Source: Escherichia coli (lineage in GTDB: Bacteria > Pseudomonadota > Gammaproteobacteria > Enterobacterales > Enterobacteriaceae). Taken from it: DNA of 64,000 nucleotides. Below the pieces are notes generated by a model that saw only the letters and a program-made list of their open reading frames with translations, had not been told where the DNA came from and made no database searches. The stretch lies in the NCBI RefSeq assembly GCF_041886205.1, contig NZ_CP169029.1; one strand, written 5' to 3'. Shown one piece after another: positions 29,444 through 40,437 of this stretch. How positions within the stretch are numbered: position 1 is the stretch's first letter; each line of letters starts with the position of its first letter. The position numbers and the translations under genes were made by a program.

Positions 29444-30268
29444 ATGAAAAAGGTCGCAATTGTCGGGTTAGGGTGGTTAGGCATGCCGCTGGCGATGTCA
29501 CTTTCAGCGCGAGGCTGGCAAGTCACCGGGAGTAAAACCACACAAGATGGTGTCGAAGCGGCCCGAATGAGTGGCATTGATAGCTATCTGCTTCGCATGG
29601 AGCCTGAGTTAGTTTGCGATTCTGACGATCTGGATGCCCTGATGGATGTCGATGCGCTGGTCATTACGCTTCCGGCACGTCGTAGCGGCCCCGGCGATGA
29701 GTTCTATTTACAAGCGGTACAAGAGTTAGTGGATAGCGCGCTGGCCCATCGTATTCCCCGCATTATTTTTACCAGCTCAACATCTGTCTATGGCGACGCG
29801 CAAGGCACGGTGAAAGAAACTACCCCGCGTAATCCGGTAACCAACAGTGGACGAGTATTAGAAGAACTCGAAGACTGGCTGCACAATTTACCCGGTACTT
29901 CGGTCGATATTCTGCGTCTTGCGGGCCTGGTCGGACCGGGGCGTCATCCCGGACGCTTCTTTGCCGGAAAAACCGCGCCTGATGGTGAACATGGTGTTAA
30001 TTTAGTCCATTTAGAAGATGTTATTGGCGCTATCACTCTGTTGTTACAGGCACCTAAAGGCGGACACATCTATAATATATGTGCGCCAGCTCACCCTGCG
30101 CGTAATGTTTTCTATCCGCAGATGGCCCGTTTACTGGGGCTGGAGCCTCCGCAGTTCAGAAATAGTCTGGACAGCGGCAAAGGTAAGATTATTGATGGCA
30201 GTCGGATTTGTAATGAACTGGGATTTGAATACCAGTATCCCGATCCGCTGGTAATGCCGCTGGAGTAA
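29444..30268 (+). CDS. yeeZ: NAD(P)-binding epimerase/dehydratase-family protein YeeZ
   Basis: 274 aa; Rossmann N-terminus (VAIVGLGWLGMPLA); conserved position. Confidence 0.85.
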   Translation: MKKVAIVGLGWLGMPLAMSLSARGWQVTGSKTTQDGVEAARMSGIDSYLLRMEPELVCDSDDLDALMDVDALVITLPARRSGPGDEFYLQAVQELVDSALAHRIPRIIFTSSTSVYGDAQGTVKETTPRNPVTNSGRVLEELEDWLHNLPGTSVDILRLAGLVGPGRHPGRFFAGKTAPDGEHGVNLVHLEDVIGAITLLLQAPKGGHIYNICAPAHPARNVFYPQMARLLGLEPPQFRNSLDSGKGKIIDGSRICNELGFEYQYPDPLVMPLE

Positions 30269-30313
30269 ACGACCACGCCAGCAGGACGCCGCATGCACTG
30301 CAAGGGGGCGTGT

Positions 30314-31243
30314 ATGAAACCACTGCTGGATGTGTTGATGATCCTCGATGCCTTAGAAAAAGAAGGCAGTTTTGCGGCGGCGTCGGCCAAACTCTATAAG
30401 ACGCCGTCCGCTCTGAGTTACACCGTTCACAAGCTGGAAAGCGACCTTAATATTCAATTGCTTGATCGTAGCGGACACCGCGCTAAATTCACCCGCACCG
30501 GAAAAATGTTATTAGAGAAAGGGCGGGAAGTTCTGCATACCGTGCGAGAACTGGAAAAGCAGGCGATCAAACTGCATGAAGGCTGGGAAAACGAACTGGT
30601 GATTGGCGTGGACGACACGTTTCCTTTTTCTCTGCTTGCGCCACTCATTGAAGCTTTTTATCAACATCATAGCGTGACGCGCCTGAAGTTTATCAATGGC
30701 GTACTCGGTGGTTCATGGGATGCCCTGACTCAGGGGCGAGCGGATATTATTGTTGGCGCGATGCATGAGCCACCATCTTCCAGTGAGTTTGGTTTCTCGC
30801 GGTTGGGCGATCTGGAACAAGTCTTTGCGGTAGCGCCTCATCATCCGTTAGCCCTGGAAGAAGAACCGTTAAACCGTCGTATCATTAAGCGATATCGGGC
30901 GATTGTGGTGGGGGACACTGCGCAGGCCGGCGCTTCTACGGCCTCACAACTTCTCGACGAACAAGAAGCCATTACCGTCTTCGATTTTAAAACCAAGCTA
31001 GAGCTGCAAATTAGCGGCCTCGGCTGCGGCTATTTACCCCGTTATCTGGCGCAACGTTTTCTCGATAGTGGCGCGTTAATCGAGAAGAAAGTGGTCGCCC
31101 AAACTCTCTTTGAACCCGTCTGGATTGGCTGGAACGAACAGACCGCAGGCCTTGCCAGCGGCTGGTGGCGAGATGAAATTTTAGCAAATAGTGCGATCGC
31201 CGGTGTTTATGCAAAATCTGATGACGGAAAATCAGCCATTTAA
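30314..31243 (+). CDS. yeeY: LysR-family transcriptional regulator YeeY
   Basis: About 309 aa from MKPLLDVLMILDALEKEGSFAAASAKLYKTPSALSYTVHKLE; LysR HTH plus substrate-binding domain. Confidence 0.85.
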   Translation: MKPLLDVLMILDALEKEGSFAAASAKLYKTPSALSYTVHKLESDLNIQLLDRSGHRAKFTRTGKMLLEKGREVLHTVRELEKQAIKLHEGWENELVIGVDDTFPFSLLAPLIEAFYQHHSVTRLKFINGVLGGSWDALTQGRADIIVGAMHEPPSSSEFGFSRLGDLEQVFAVAPHHPLALEEEPLNRRIIKRYRAIVVGDTAQAGASTASQLLDEQEAITVFDFKTKLELQISGLGCGYLPRYLAQRFLDSGALIEKKVVAQTLFEPVWIGWNEQTAGLASGWWRDEILANSAIAGVYAKSDDGKSAI

Positions 31244-31509
31244 AGAAAAATTATTATGACAAGCCTCTCATTCTCTTGTCATTTCCCCCCCATTTAGGCA
31301 CAATGCGCCGCTGTCAAAAAATGACTAAAAACCGACGTTTCATCAGCGTCGGTTATTTTTTGCTTCAAACCAATCATTCATACCAAGAGGCCGGGCTTCG
31401 TACCGGATAGATATTTACTAAAAATCGACAGTTGTTGTCGCTGAGGAATCCAAAAAAATGGGGCAATTTTTTGCTTACGCGACGGTTATCACCGTAAAGG
31501 AGAATGACC

Positions 31510-32868
31510 ATGTCGCATAACGTTACTCCAAACACCTCTCGCGTGGAATTGCGTAAAACGCTTACGTTAGTTCCGGTTGTAATGATGGGTCTTGCCTATA
31601 TGCAGCCGATGACGCTGTTTGATACTTTTGGTATCGTTTCAGGCCTCACGGATGGTCATGTGCCGACAGCCTATGCGTTCGCATTGATTGCGATCCTGTT
31701 TACGGCTCTGAGCTACGGGAAGCTGGTTCGCCGCTATCCTTCTGCTGGCTCTGCATACACTTACGCCCAGAAATCCATTAGCCCGACTGTCGGCTTTATG
31801 GTGGGTTGGTCTTCTCTGCTCGACTATCTGTTCGCGCCGATGATCAACATTCTGCTGGCGAAAATTTATTTTGAAGCTCTGGTGCCTTCCATCCCATCGT
31901 GGATGTTTGTGGTGGCGCTGGTGGCCTTTATGACCGCCTTTAACCTGCGTAGTCTGAAATCCGTAGCGAACTTCAACACTGTAATCGTCGTGTTGCAGGT
32001 AGTGCTGATCGCGGTGATTCTGGGCATGGTTGTTTATGGCGTATTTGAAGGTGAAGGCGCTGGTACGCTGGCGAGCACTCGTCCATTCTGGTCTGGCGAT
32101 GCGCATGTTATCCCGATGATTACCGGGGCGACAATCCTATGCTTCTCCTTTACCGGCTTTGACGGCATCAGCAACCTGTCGGAAGAAACCAAAGATGCAG
32201 AGCGCGTGATCCCGCGTGCGATTTTCCTGACCGCGCTGATTGGCGGCATGATCTTCATCTTTGCAACTTACTTCCTGCAGCTGTACTTCCCGGATATCTC
32301 TCGCTTTAAAGATCCGGATGCGTCACAGCCTGAAATCATGCTGTATGTTGCAGGTAAAGCATTCCAGGTTGGTGCGCTGATCTTCTCCACCATTACCGTA
32401 CTGGCGTCCGGTATGGCGGCGCATGCAGGCGTTGCGCGTCTGATGTACGTAATGGGGCGTGACGGCGTATTCCCGAAAAGCTTCTTCGGTTATGTACACC
32501 CGAAATGGCGTACTCCGGCGATGAACATCATCCTGGTTGGCGCGATTGCCTTGCTGGCAATCAACTTCGACCTGGTAATGGCTACAGCGCTGATCAACTT
32601 TGGTGCGTTGGTGGCGTTCACCTTCGTTAACCTGTCGGTCATCTCGCAGTTCTGGATCCGTGAGAAGCGTAACAAGACGCTGAAAGATCACTTCCAGTAT
32701 CTGTTCCTGCCGATGTGTGGTGCGCTGACCGTTGGTGCGCTGTGGGTTAACCTGGAAGAAAGCTCAATGGTTCTGGGTCTGATCTGGGCGGCTATCGGTC
32801 TGATTTACCTGGCTTGCGTCACCAAGAGTTTCCGTAATCCGGTTCCGCAGTACGAAGACGTAGCGTAA
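31510..32868 (+). CDS. plaP: putrescine importer PlaP (APC-family amino acid/polyamine permease)
   Basis: 452 aa from [33 protein letters not shown]; 12-TM APC transporter. Confidence 0.9.
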   Translation: MSHNVTPNTSRVELRKTLTLVPVVMMGLAYMQPMTLFDTFGIVSGLTDGHVPTAYAFALIAILFTALSYGKLVRRYPSAGSAYTYAQKSISPTVGFMVGWSSLLDYLFAPMINILLAKIYFEALVPSIPSWMFVVALVAFMTAFNLRSLKSVANFNTVIVVLQVVLIAVILGMVVYGVFEGEGAGTLASTRPFWSGDAHVIPMITGATILCFSFTGFDGISNLSEETKDAERVIPRAIFLTALIGGMIFIFATYFLQLYFPDISRFKDPDASQPEIMLYVAGKAFQVGALIFSTITVLASGMAAHAGVARLMYVMGRDGVFPKSFFGYVHPKWRTPAMNIILVGAIALLAINFDLVMATALINFGALVAFTFVNLSVISQFWIREKRNKTLKDHFQYLFLPMCGALTVGALWVNLEESSMVLGLIWAAIGLIYLACVTKSFRNPVPQYEDVA

Positions 32869-33046
32869 TCATCTTTTGTAATAATAAACCGGAGTCGAAT
32901 GAATATTGGGCTCCGGTTTTTTTATTCTTTTTTATCGACATCCTCATTAATAACCATTTGTTCTAATTTAGAGAATTTGGTTATTGGTCTGCATTCCACC
33001 AGTCATGAATAATTTCCCTATTAACATTCATCTGGTTAATTAATTT

Positions 33047-34105
33047 ATGTTTTCAATGATATTAAGCGGGCTAATTTGTGGTGCTCTGCTGGGATTTGTC
33101 ATGCAGCGTGGGCGTTTTTGCCTGACAGGTGGTTTTCGCGATATGTATATCGCGAAAAATAATCGCATGTTTTACGCCTTGCTGATTGCAATTTCGGTAC
33201 AAAGCGTGGGGGTTTTTGCGTTAATTCAGGCGGGCCTACTGACTTACGAAGCCGGGGCGTTCCCGTGGCTTGGTACTGTTATAGGTGGGTATATCTTCGG
33301 GCTGGGAATTGTTCTGGCGGGTGGATGTGCCACCGGGACCTGGTATCGCGCGGGTGAGGGATTGATCGGCAGTTGGATCGCGCTTTTCACTTATATGGTG
33401 ATGAGTGCGGTGATGCGTTCTCCACATGTCAGTGGTTTAAATCAAACCTTGCAGCACTACAGTACTGAACATAACTCCATTGCCGAGACGTTTAATCTGT
33501 CTGTGTGGCCGTTGATTGCCGTTTTGCTGGTGATAACTTTCTGGGTGGTGATGAAAGAGTTGAAGAAGCCAAAACTCAAAGTCGCGACCTTACCGCCGCG
33601 CCGAACCGGGATCGCTCATATTCTGTTTGAAAAACGCTGGCATCCCTTTGTCACTGCTGTACTCATCGGTTTGATTGCGCTTTTAGCCTGGCCCCTGAGT
33701 GAAGCAACCGGACGCATGTTTGGGTTAGGAATCACTTCCCCAACGGCCAATATTCTGCAATTTCTGGTCGCGGGTGACGTGAAATACATTAACTGGGGCG
33801 TTTTCCTGGTGTTAGGGATCTTCGTGGGGTCATTTATTGCAGCCAAAGCGAGCCGTGAGTTCCGCGTTCGCGCAGCTGATGCACAAACAACATTACGTAG
33901 CGGGTTAGGTGGTGTACTGATGGGCTTCGGTGCCAGTATTGCAGGTGGTTGCTCTATCGGTAATGGACTGGTTATGACTGCAATGATGACCTGGCAGGGC
34001 TGGATTGACCTTGTATTTATGATTCTCGGAGTCTGGACTGCGTCCTGGCTTGTGTATGTTCGACCGCAGCGTAAGGCGCGACTGGCAACTGCTGCGGCAA
34101 ATTAA
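33047..34105 (+). CDS. yeeE: thiosulfate transporter YeeE/TsuA (YeeE/YedE family)
   Basis: 352 aa polytopic membrane protein with conserved Cys-containing motifs (GRFCLTGG, AGGCATG, AGGCSIGNG). Confidence 0.9.
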   Translation: MFSMILSGLICGALLGFVMQRGRFCLTGGFRDMYIAKNNRMFYALLIAISVQSVGVFALIQAGLLTYEAGAFPWLGTVIGGYIFGLGIVLAGGCATGTWYRAGEGLIGSWIALFTYMVMSAVMRSPHVSGLNQTLQHYSTEHNSIAETFNLSVWPLIAVLLVITFWVVMKELKKPKLKVATLPPRRTGIAHILFEKRWHPFVTAVLIGLIALLAWPLSEATGRMFGLGITSPTANILQFLVAGDVKYINWGVFLVLGIFVGSFIAAKASREFRVRAADAQTTLRSGLGGVLMGFGASIAGGCSIGNGLVMTAMMTWQGWIDLVFMILGVWTASWLVYVRPQRKARLATAAAN

Positions 34106-34118
34106 GTAAGGTGTAAAG

Positions 34119-34346
34119 ATGGCGATTAAAAAGCTGGATGTGGTGACGCAGGTCTGTCCGTTTCCACTCATAGAAGCAAAAGCAGCACTGGCAGGAATGG
34201 CCAGCGGCGATGAGTTGGTAATTGAGTTTGATTGCACCCAGGCAACAGAAGCAATCCCACAATGGGCGGCAGAAGAAGGACATGCCATCACCGATTATCA
34301 GCAGATTGGCGATGCTGCGTGGAGCATCACCGTTCAAAAAGCCTGA
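34119..34346 (+). CDS. yeeD: TusA-like sulfurtransferase YeeD/TsuB
   Basis: 75 aa with the TusA CPxP motif (VCPFPLIEAKAALAGM). Confidence 0.9.
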   Translation: MAIKKLDVVTQVCPFPLIEAKAALAGMASGDELVIEFDCTQATEAIPQWAAEEGHAITDYQQIGDAAWSITVQKA

Positions 34347-34388
34347 CCCAACATTGTCCTCCGCCGTATCAGTGGCGGAGGCTTCAAA

Positions 34389-35816
34389 CTAGACGATCTC
34401 TTCCGCGTACTGCCAAAGCGCTTTTAACAGCGCCACTTTTTCTTTATCGTCGGCATACTGCTGCGCCAGCATCTGAATCTCTTCTGCATAGCCTTGTAAA
34501 AACTCGGGTGTGAATACCTGGCGGCGGTGCTCCAGCCAACGTTGCTGCTCGGCATAATCCAGCGTCCCCGGGAAGTTGCGCGCCCGATAATTGAACAACA
34601 GCTTTTCAATCCGTTTATCAACAAAAGTGATATCCAGTGCCGGTAAATTACGCGGCTCGGTTTCCAGCACAATTTTCATTGCTGCACGATCGGCGTCACT
34701 GAAAAAGCCGTTATAAAGCTGTGCATCCACGTTATCTGAAGGCGTAAACGGTTCGGCTTCCGCGAATATCGCCACCACTTTTTCGCGCACTTGCGGATTT
34801 TCACGCAGAATTTTCAGGTTATTGAGGCAATGCTGACGATTAATTCCCAGTCGGTCGGCATCTTCCGGGCGTAGCGTATTCGCCTGGGCCAGCACCGGAC
34901 ATTTATTGATATGCACCAGCTTAACCGGAACGGCGGCGTTATCGCCAAGATCGGTTTTTGCGGTATATAAACGCTCGCGCAATGTGTCGCTATCCAGTTC
35001 CAGTAATGGCGAAATGTCTCCTGCCAAATCCACCATAATTACGGCATTGCGATTTTCAGGATGCCACGCCAGCGGTGCCACCCAGCTGGTATTGCCGCGC
35101 CATGCCCCAAACATTCCGGAAACGTGCACCAGGGGTTTCATCTGCGGAACATCAATCAACGCCATCAGTTTGTGTTTATTACGATGGGTAAAGAGATATT
35201 CAAACAGGCGTGGCTGACGCGTTTTTACCAGTTTCGCCATCGCAATAGTGGCGTACACATCAGCCATCGCATCGTGGGCGTTGCTATGTTCAATTCCATT
35301 CGCTTTGGTTAAATGCTCAAGGCGAAAGCTCGGTAGACCGTCATCATTTTCAGGCCAGTTTATTCCTTCCGGGCGCAGGGCATAACAGGCACGCATAACA
35401 TCCAGTAAATCCCAGCGCGAGTTATCATGCTGCCAGCTCCAGGCGTAAGGATCGTAGAAATTACGATAAAAAACGTTGCGTGTGACTTCGTCGTCGAAAC
35501 GCACATTGTTGTAGCCCAGAATACAGGTCTTCGGTACGTTAAAAAGCGAGTGAATACGGGCGGCAAACGCGGCTTCGTTTTCTCCTTTCGCCCGTGCTTC
35601 CTGCGGGGTAATACCGGTAATTAATACTGCTCCAGGCTGGGGCAAATAGTCATCCGCGGGCTTGCAGTAAAAGACTTCGGGTTCGCCGATGACATTGAAT
35701 TCGTTATCAGTGCGAATGGCTGCGAACTGTGCAGGGCGATCTAACGCGGGGTGCGTTCCAAAGGTTTCGTAATCGTGAAACAAAAAGGTAGATTGTTGCT
35801 TACCGTCATTCATCAT
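34389..35816 (-). CDS. sbcB: exodeoxyribonuclease I
   Basis: 475 aa from MMNDGKQQSTFLFHDYETFGTHPALDRPAQFAAIRTD (DnaQ-like exonuclease motif). Confidence 0.95.
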   Translation of the reverse strand: MMNDGKQQSTFLFHDYETFGTHPALDRPAQFAAIRTDNEFNVIGEPEVFYCKPADDYLPQPGAVLITGITPQEARAKGENEAAFAARIHSLFNVPKTCILGYNNVRFDDEVTRNVFYRNFYDPYAWSWQHDNSRWDLLDVMRACYALRPEGINWPENDDGLPSFRLEHLTKANGIEHSNAHDAMADVYATIAMAKLVKTRQPRLFEYLFTHRNKHKLMALIDVPQMKPLVHVSGMFGAWRGNTSWVAPLAWHPENRNAVIMVDLAGDISPLLELDSDTLRERLYTAKTDLGDNAAVPVKLVHINKCPVLAQANTLRPEDADRLGINRQHCLNNLKILRENPQVREKVVAIFAEAEPFTPSDNVDAQLYNGFFSDADRAAMKIVLETEPRNLPALDITFVDKRIEKLLFNYRARNFPGTLDYAEQQRWLEHRRQVFTPEFLQGYAEEIQMLAQQYADDKEKVALLKALWQYAEEIV

Positions 35817-36018
35817 TAGGTTAAATCCGTTATTTCTGCTGTCTGCCAGAGTATCAAATATCACCGTGCTAATCAGCTTTAGCGCGACAATTTGGCAGCG
35901 AGTGACAACAGATCATGTCAGATAAAAATGAGATAGTAGTCACATTTTCTTGCACTTTATTCCAGCCAGTTCATAAGTATTTCCGTAAAAAGAACAGCTA
36001 TTTGAAACACCTGAGGGT

Positions 36019-37191
36019 TTGCTGTTGAAACGCCGTCTTATTATTGCTGCTTCTTTGTTCGTTTTTAATTTATCGTCTGGTTTTGCGGCGGAAAACATTC
36101 CTTTTTCACCTCAGCCTCCAGAGATTCATGCCGGGTCCTGGGTATTGATGGATTACACCACCGGTCAGATTCTCACCGCGGGTAATGAGCATCAACAGCG
36201 CAATCCCGCCAGCCTGACAAAGCTGATGACGGGCTATGTCGTGGATCGCGCTATCGATAGTCATCGCATTACGCCAGACGATATTGTCACCGTGGGGCGT
36301 GATGCGTGGGCGAAAGATAATCCGGTGTTTGTCGGTTCTTCACTGATGTTTTTGAAAGAGGGCGATCGCGTATCGGTACGTGATTTAAGCCGAGGTTTAA
36401 TTGTGGATTCCGGAAATGACGCGTGTGTTGCTCTGGCTGACTATATTGCCGGTGGGCAACGGCAGTTTGTTGAAATGATGAACAACTATGCCGAGAAGCT
36501 GCATCTCAAGGATACGCATTTTGAAACAGTGCATGGTCTGGATGCACCTGGCCAGCATAGCTCGGCTTATGATTTAGCTGTGCTTTCTCGCGCTATCATC
36601 CACGGCGAGCCCGAGTTTTATCATATGTACAGTGAGAAAAGTCTCACCTGGAACGGTATCACCCAGCAAAACCGTAACGGATTATTGTGGGATAAAACCA
36701 TGAATGTTGACGGCCTGAAAACGGGTCATACTTCTGGTGCCGGGTTTAATCTCATTGCTTCGGCTGTAGATGGGCAGCATCGTCTCATTGCAGTGATAAT
36801 GGGGGCTGACAGTGCAAAAGGTCGTGAGGAAGAGGCAAGAAAATTACTGCGTTGGGGGCAACAAAACTTTACTACGGTGCAAATTTTGCACCGTGGGAAA
36901 AAGGTCGGAACGGAACGCATCTGGTATGGCGATAAAGAAAATATCGACCTGGGAACGGAACAAGAGTTCTGGATGGTGCTACCGAAAGCCGAAATTCCAC
37001 ATATCAAAGCCAAATATACCCTTGATGGTAAAGAGCTCACCGCGCCAATTAGCGCCCATCAGCGGGTAGGGGAAATTGAACTTTACGACCGTGATAAACA
37101 GGTGGCGCACTGGCCGCTGGTTACCCTGGAATCTGTCGGGGAAGGCAGCATGTTTTCTCGCCTGAGTGATTATTTCCACCATAAGGCCTGA
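36019..37191 (+). CDS. dacD: D-alanyl-D-alanine carboxypeptidase DacD (PBP6b)
   Basis: About 390 aa; signal peptide, SxxK motif (ASLTKLMT), SGN and KTG motifs of class-C PBPs; exact start codon uncertain. Confidence 0.9.
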   Translation: MLLKRRLIIAASLFVFNLSSGFAAENIPFSPQPPEIHAGSWVLMDYTTGQILTAGNEHQQRNPASLTKLMTGYVVDRAIDSHRITPDDIVTVGRDAWAKDNPVFVGSSLMFLKEGDRVSVRDLSRGLIVDSGNDACVALADYIAGGQRQFVEMMNNYAEKLHLKDTHFETVHGLDAPGQHSSAYDLAVLSRAIIHGEPEFYHMYSEKSLTWNGITQQNRNGLLWDKTMNVDGLKTGHTSGAGFNLIASAVDGQHRLIAVIMGADSAKGREEEARKLLRWGQQNFTTVQILHRGKKVGTERIWYGDKENIDLGTEQEFWMVLPKAEIPHIKAKYTLDGKELTAPISAHQRVGEIELYDRDKQVAHWPLVTLESVGEGSMFSRLSDYFHHKA

Positions 37192-37308
37192 CCTTTCTTT
37201 GCAGCAGACTGGCAGGAGTGCGAGTCTGCTCGCATAATCAACACTCATTCCTTGTGGTTTTAATATTGCAACTATACTGTATATAAAAACAGTATTAATG
37301 GAGGCGTC

Positions 37309-37782
37309 ATGAACTACGAGATTAAGCAGGAAGATAAACGTACCGTTGCAGGTTTCCATCTCGTTGGCCCGTGGGAGCAGACGGTAAAGAAAGGTTTTGA
37401 GCAGTTGATGATGTGGGTAGATAACAAAAATATTGTGCCGAAGGAGTGGGTTGCTGTCTATTACGACAATCCAGATGAAACACCCGCCGAAAAATTACGC
37501 TGCGACACCGTCGTGACGGTACCGAATAACTTTACGCTCCCCGAAAACAGTGAGGGCGTCATTCTGACAGAAATTTCAGGTGGTCAGTATGCGGTTGCGG
37601 TGGCTCGTGTAGTCGGTGATGATTTTGCTAAACCCTGGTATCAGTTCTTTAATAGCCTCTTGCAGGACAGTGCTTATGAAATGTTACCAAAGCCCTGCTT
37701 CGAGGTTTATTTGAACAATGGCGCGGAAGATGGGTACTGGGATATCGAAATGTATGTTGCGGTGCAGCCAAAACATCACTAA
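37309..37782 (+). CDS. sbmC: DNA gyrase inhibitor SbmC (GyrI)
   Basis: 157 aa; [37 protein letters not shown]. Confidence 0.95.
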   Translation: MNYEIKQEDKRTVAGFHLVGPWEQTVKKGFEQLMMWVDNKNIVPKEWVAVYYDNPDETPAEKLRCDTVVTVPNNFTLPENSEGVILTEISGGQYAVAVARVVGDDFAKPWYQFFNSLLQDSAYEMLPKPCFEVYLNNGAEDGYWDIEMYVAVQPKHH

Positions 37783-37980
37783 TTCATCTCAGGGCGGTGT
37801 GTTAACGCGATGACCACTCTTTTTTTTGAAAGCGAAAAGAGTAAGATGCGCCTTTCAATTTTTTCGCTCCTGCCGGGAAATTACACTGTTCCCGGTTTGT
37901 CCGTCGGATAATTCAGAGGCGCGCCTTCTGGCCGACAGATGAGTTATGAGCGCTTTTAATCTTCATTACGGAGTTTCTGC

Positions 37981-39039
37981 GTGCGTGCCGATAAGTCATT
38001 AAGCCCGTTTGAAATCCGGGTATACCGCCATTACCGCATTGTGCATGGTACTCGGGTCGCGCTGGCATTCCTGCTCACTTTTCTCATTATCCGCCTGTTT
38101 ACTATCCCGGAAAGTACCTGGCCGCTGGTCACCATGGTGGTGATTATGGGGCCAATCTCGTTCTGGGGGAACGTTGTCCCTCGCGCATTCGAACGTATTG
38201 GCGGTACGGTGTTGGGGTCGATTTTAGGTCTTATCGCTCTGCAACTGGAGTTAATCTCGTTACCGCTGATGTTAGTCTGGTGCGCGGCGGCTATGTTTCT
38301 TTGCGGTTGGCTGGCGCTGGGCAAGAAACCGTATCAAGGTTTATTGATTGGGGTGACGCTGGCAATTGTTGTTGGTTCCCCGACAGGTGAAATTAATACG
38401 GCGTTATGGCGAAGCGGCGATGTGATCCTCGGCTCTTTACTGGCAATGTTGTTTACCGGTATCTGGCCACAACGGGCGTTCATCCACTGGCGCATTCAAC
38501 TGGCAAAAAGTCTGACCGAGTATAATCGGGTCTATCAATCTGCATTCTCACCGAACTTACTCGAACGCCCGCGTCTGGAAAGCCATCTACAAAAACTCCT
38601 GACCGATGCCGTGAAAATGCGTGGGCTGATTGCGCCCGCCAGCAAAGAAACCCGTATTCCAAAATCGATATATGAAGGTATCCAGACCATTAATCGCAAT
38701 CTGGTTTGTATGCTGGAGTTGCAAATCAATGCATACTGGGCCACGCGCCCCAGCCATTTCGTGTTATTGAACGCGCAAAAACTTCGTGATACCCAGCATA
38801 TGATGCAGCAAATACTGCTGAGCCTTGTTCATGCGCTGTACGAAGGTAATCCGCAGCCGGTTTTTGCCAATACGGAAAAATTGAACGATGCTGTGGAAGA
38901 GCTGCGTCAGTTGCTGAATAACCACCATGACCTGAAGGTTGTGGAAACACCAATCTATGGTTATGTGTGGCTGAACATGGAAACGGCACATCAGCTTGAG
39001 TTGCTATCGAATCTGATTTGCCGGGCCTTGCGCAAATAA
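37981..39039 (+). CDS. yeeA: inner membrane protein YeeA (FUSC-like)
   Basis: 352 aa with N-terminal multi-TM region; conserved position between sbmC and yeeX. Confidence 0.85.
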   Translation: MRADKSLSPFEIRVYRHYRIVHGTRVALAFLLTFLIIRLFTIPESTWPLVTMVVIMGPISFWGNVVPRAFERIGGTVLGSILGLIALQLELISLPLMLVWCAAAMFLCGWLALGKKPYQGLLIGVTLAIVVGSPTGEINTALWRSGDVILGSLLAMLFTGIWPQRAFIHWRIQLAKSLTEYNRVYQSAFSPNLLERPRLESHLQKLLTDAVKMRGLIAPASKETRIPKSIYEGIQTINRNLVCMLELQINAYWATRPSHFVLLNAQKLRDTQHMMQQILLSLVHALYEGNPQPVFANTEKLNDAVEELRQLLNNHHDLKVVETPIYGYVWLNMETAHQLELLSNLICRALRK

Positions 39040-39210
39040 TTCCTGAACTTCAGAATCATCTTGCTGCTGCTTCGATTCAGCAAGGATAAAGGGTATGATA
39101 GTGAAAAGGGATAAAAGCATTGTCATCTGCGGCAGCTATGAGTAATGTTGGCCCTAACGAATAGCGGTTGCTTAAACGAATCCGACTCTCACATTATCAG
39201 GGGTATAAAA

Positions 39211-39540
39211 ATGGAAACTACCAAGCCTTCATTCCAGGACGTACTGGAATTTGTTCGTCTGTTCCGTCGTAAGAACAAACTGCAACGTGAAATTCAGGAC
39301 GTTGAGAAAAAGATCCGTGACAACCAGAAGCGCGTCCTGTTGCTGGACAACCTGAGCGATTACATCAAGCCAGGGATGAGCGTTGAAGCAATCCAGGGCA
39401 TCATCGCCAGCATGAAAGGTGACTATGAAGATCGCGTTGACGATTACATCATCAAAAATGCCGAGCTCTCCAAAGAACGCCGCGATATCTCCAAAAAGCT
39501 GAAAGCTATGGGCGAAATGAAAAACGGCGAAGCGAAGTAA
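39211..39540 (+). CDS. yeeX: UPF0265 family protein YeeX
   Basis: 109 aa from [41 protein letters not shown]; the ORF-track upstream extension is rejected. Confidence 0.9.
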   Translation: METTKPSFQDVLEFVRLFRRKNKLQREIQDVEKKIRDNQKRVLLLDNLSDYIKPGMSVEAIQGIIASMKGDYEDRVDDYIIKNAELSKERRDISKKLKAMGEMKNGEAK

Positions 39541-39640
39541 TTCCCGTTTTATTCAATGAGGGTTGCCCGGCAACCCTCATTGCTCATTGATTCTTATCTG
39601 TGTATCACCGTCATCATTCTCATCTGAGAACCAATCGAAA

Positions 39641-39890
39641 TTAACAACAGCCTTCTTCTGTATGCAGCAAGGCAAAAAGTTCTGTAACTCCATTGTTATT
39701 AACTGCACTGGTTACTAACACGTTGTGCGCTCCAGCTTCCCGTAACCAACTTTTCACCAAAGATATTTGTTCCATGCTGGCTAAATCTGCTTTGGTTACT
39801 ACTCCAATGACCGGGTGATTCATGGCCCGGTAGGGCGTTTTTACCTCTAATTCCTGCTTCAGCGCTGAGATTCCTGCTTGTTGCCGGAAA
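39641..39890 (-). pseudogene. C-terminal gene fragment (possibly small GTPase-like); 5' end replaced by an IS66 remnant
   Basis: ORF 39641..39997 has a C-terminal part (VIGVVTKADLASMEQISLVKSWLREAGAHNVLVTSAVNNNGVTELFALL) that reads as a protein fragment, while its N-terminal part is encoded antisense to an IS66 transposase fragment. Confidence 0.4.
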
Positions 39891-39892
39891 AG

Positions 39893-40052
39893 CAGGCACC
39901 TGCCGTCTGAACGGTATCGATCCGGAAGCGTATCTGCGCCATATTCTGAGCATACTGCCGGAATGGCCCTCCAACCGTGTTGACGAACTCCTGCCATGGA
40001 ACGTAGTTCTCACCAATAAATAAGCGTCAATACGGTGCTCCGTTGACGCTTA
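39893..40052 (+). mobile_element. IS66-family right-end remnant (3' end of transposase gene plus terminal inverted repeat)
   Basis: Plus-strand translation GTCRLNGIDPEAYLRHILSILPEWPSNRVDELLPWNVVLTNK* matches the C-terminus of the intact IS66-family transposase at 57043..58614 ([33 protein letters not shown]); followed by caatacggtgctccgttgacgcttac, resembling that copy's terminal repeat. Confidence 0.75.
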
Positions 40053-40437
40053 CTTTAATCCGTTTTCTGAGCTTAGATTTTTCTGTTCCTACCCAGACCG
40101 TGGATTTGGAATTCATTTTTTGTCAGGTCAATGCTAATCGTTAAAACGGCCATAACGCACCTCCACTGGAAGGTTTATCAGTAATATCCTACCGTTGCTT
40201 CATGGTCGGGGCGTCCATTCCATTATTATCGGTTTTCCTTTCTGTTTATAAATGAAAACGCCAGCTGTATTCAGGCTGGCGTCAGGGGAAATGAAGCCTG
40301 TTGAGTGAGATTCACCGGTTCTGGTGCAGAAGCTGCAGATGGCGCAGGGTAAGGACATCTTCTCTTGCCTGCTTAATACAGGACAACAGTGCTGTTTCTG
40401 TGGTTAATGGTACTATACCCTGCATCACTGCATTGTC

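Noticed and set aside
31639-32106. 155-codon ORF on the minus strand
   Set aside because: Antisense within plaP; Arg/His-rich nonsense translation.
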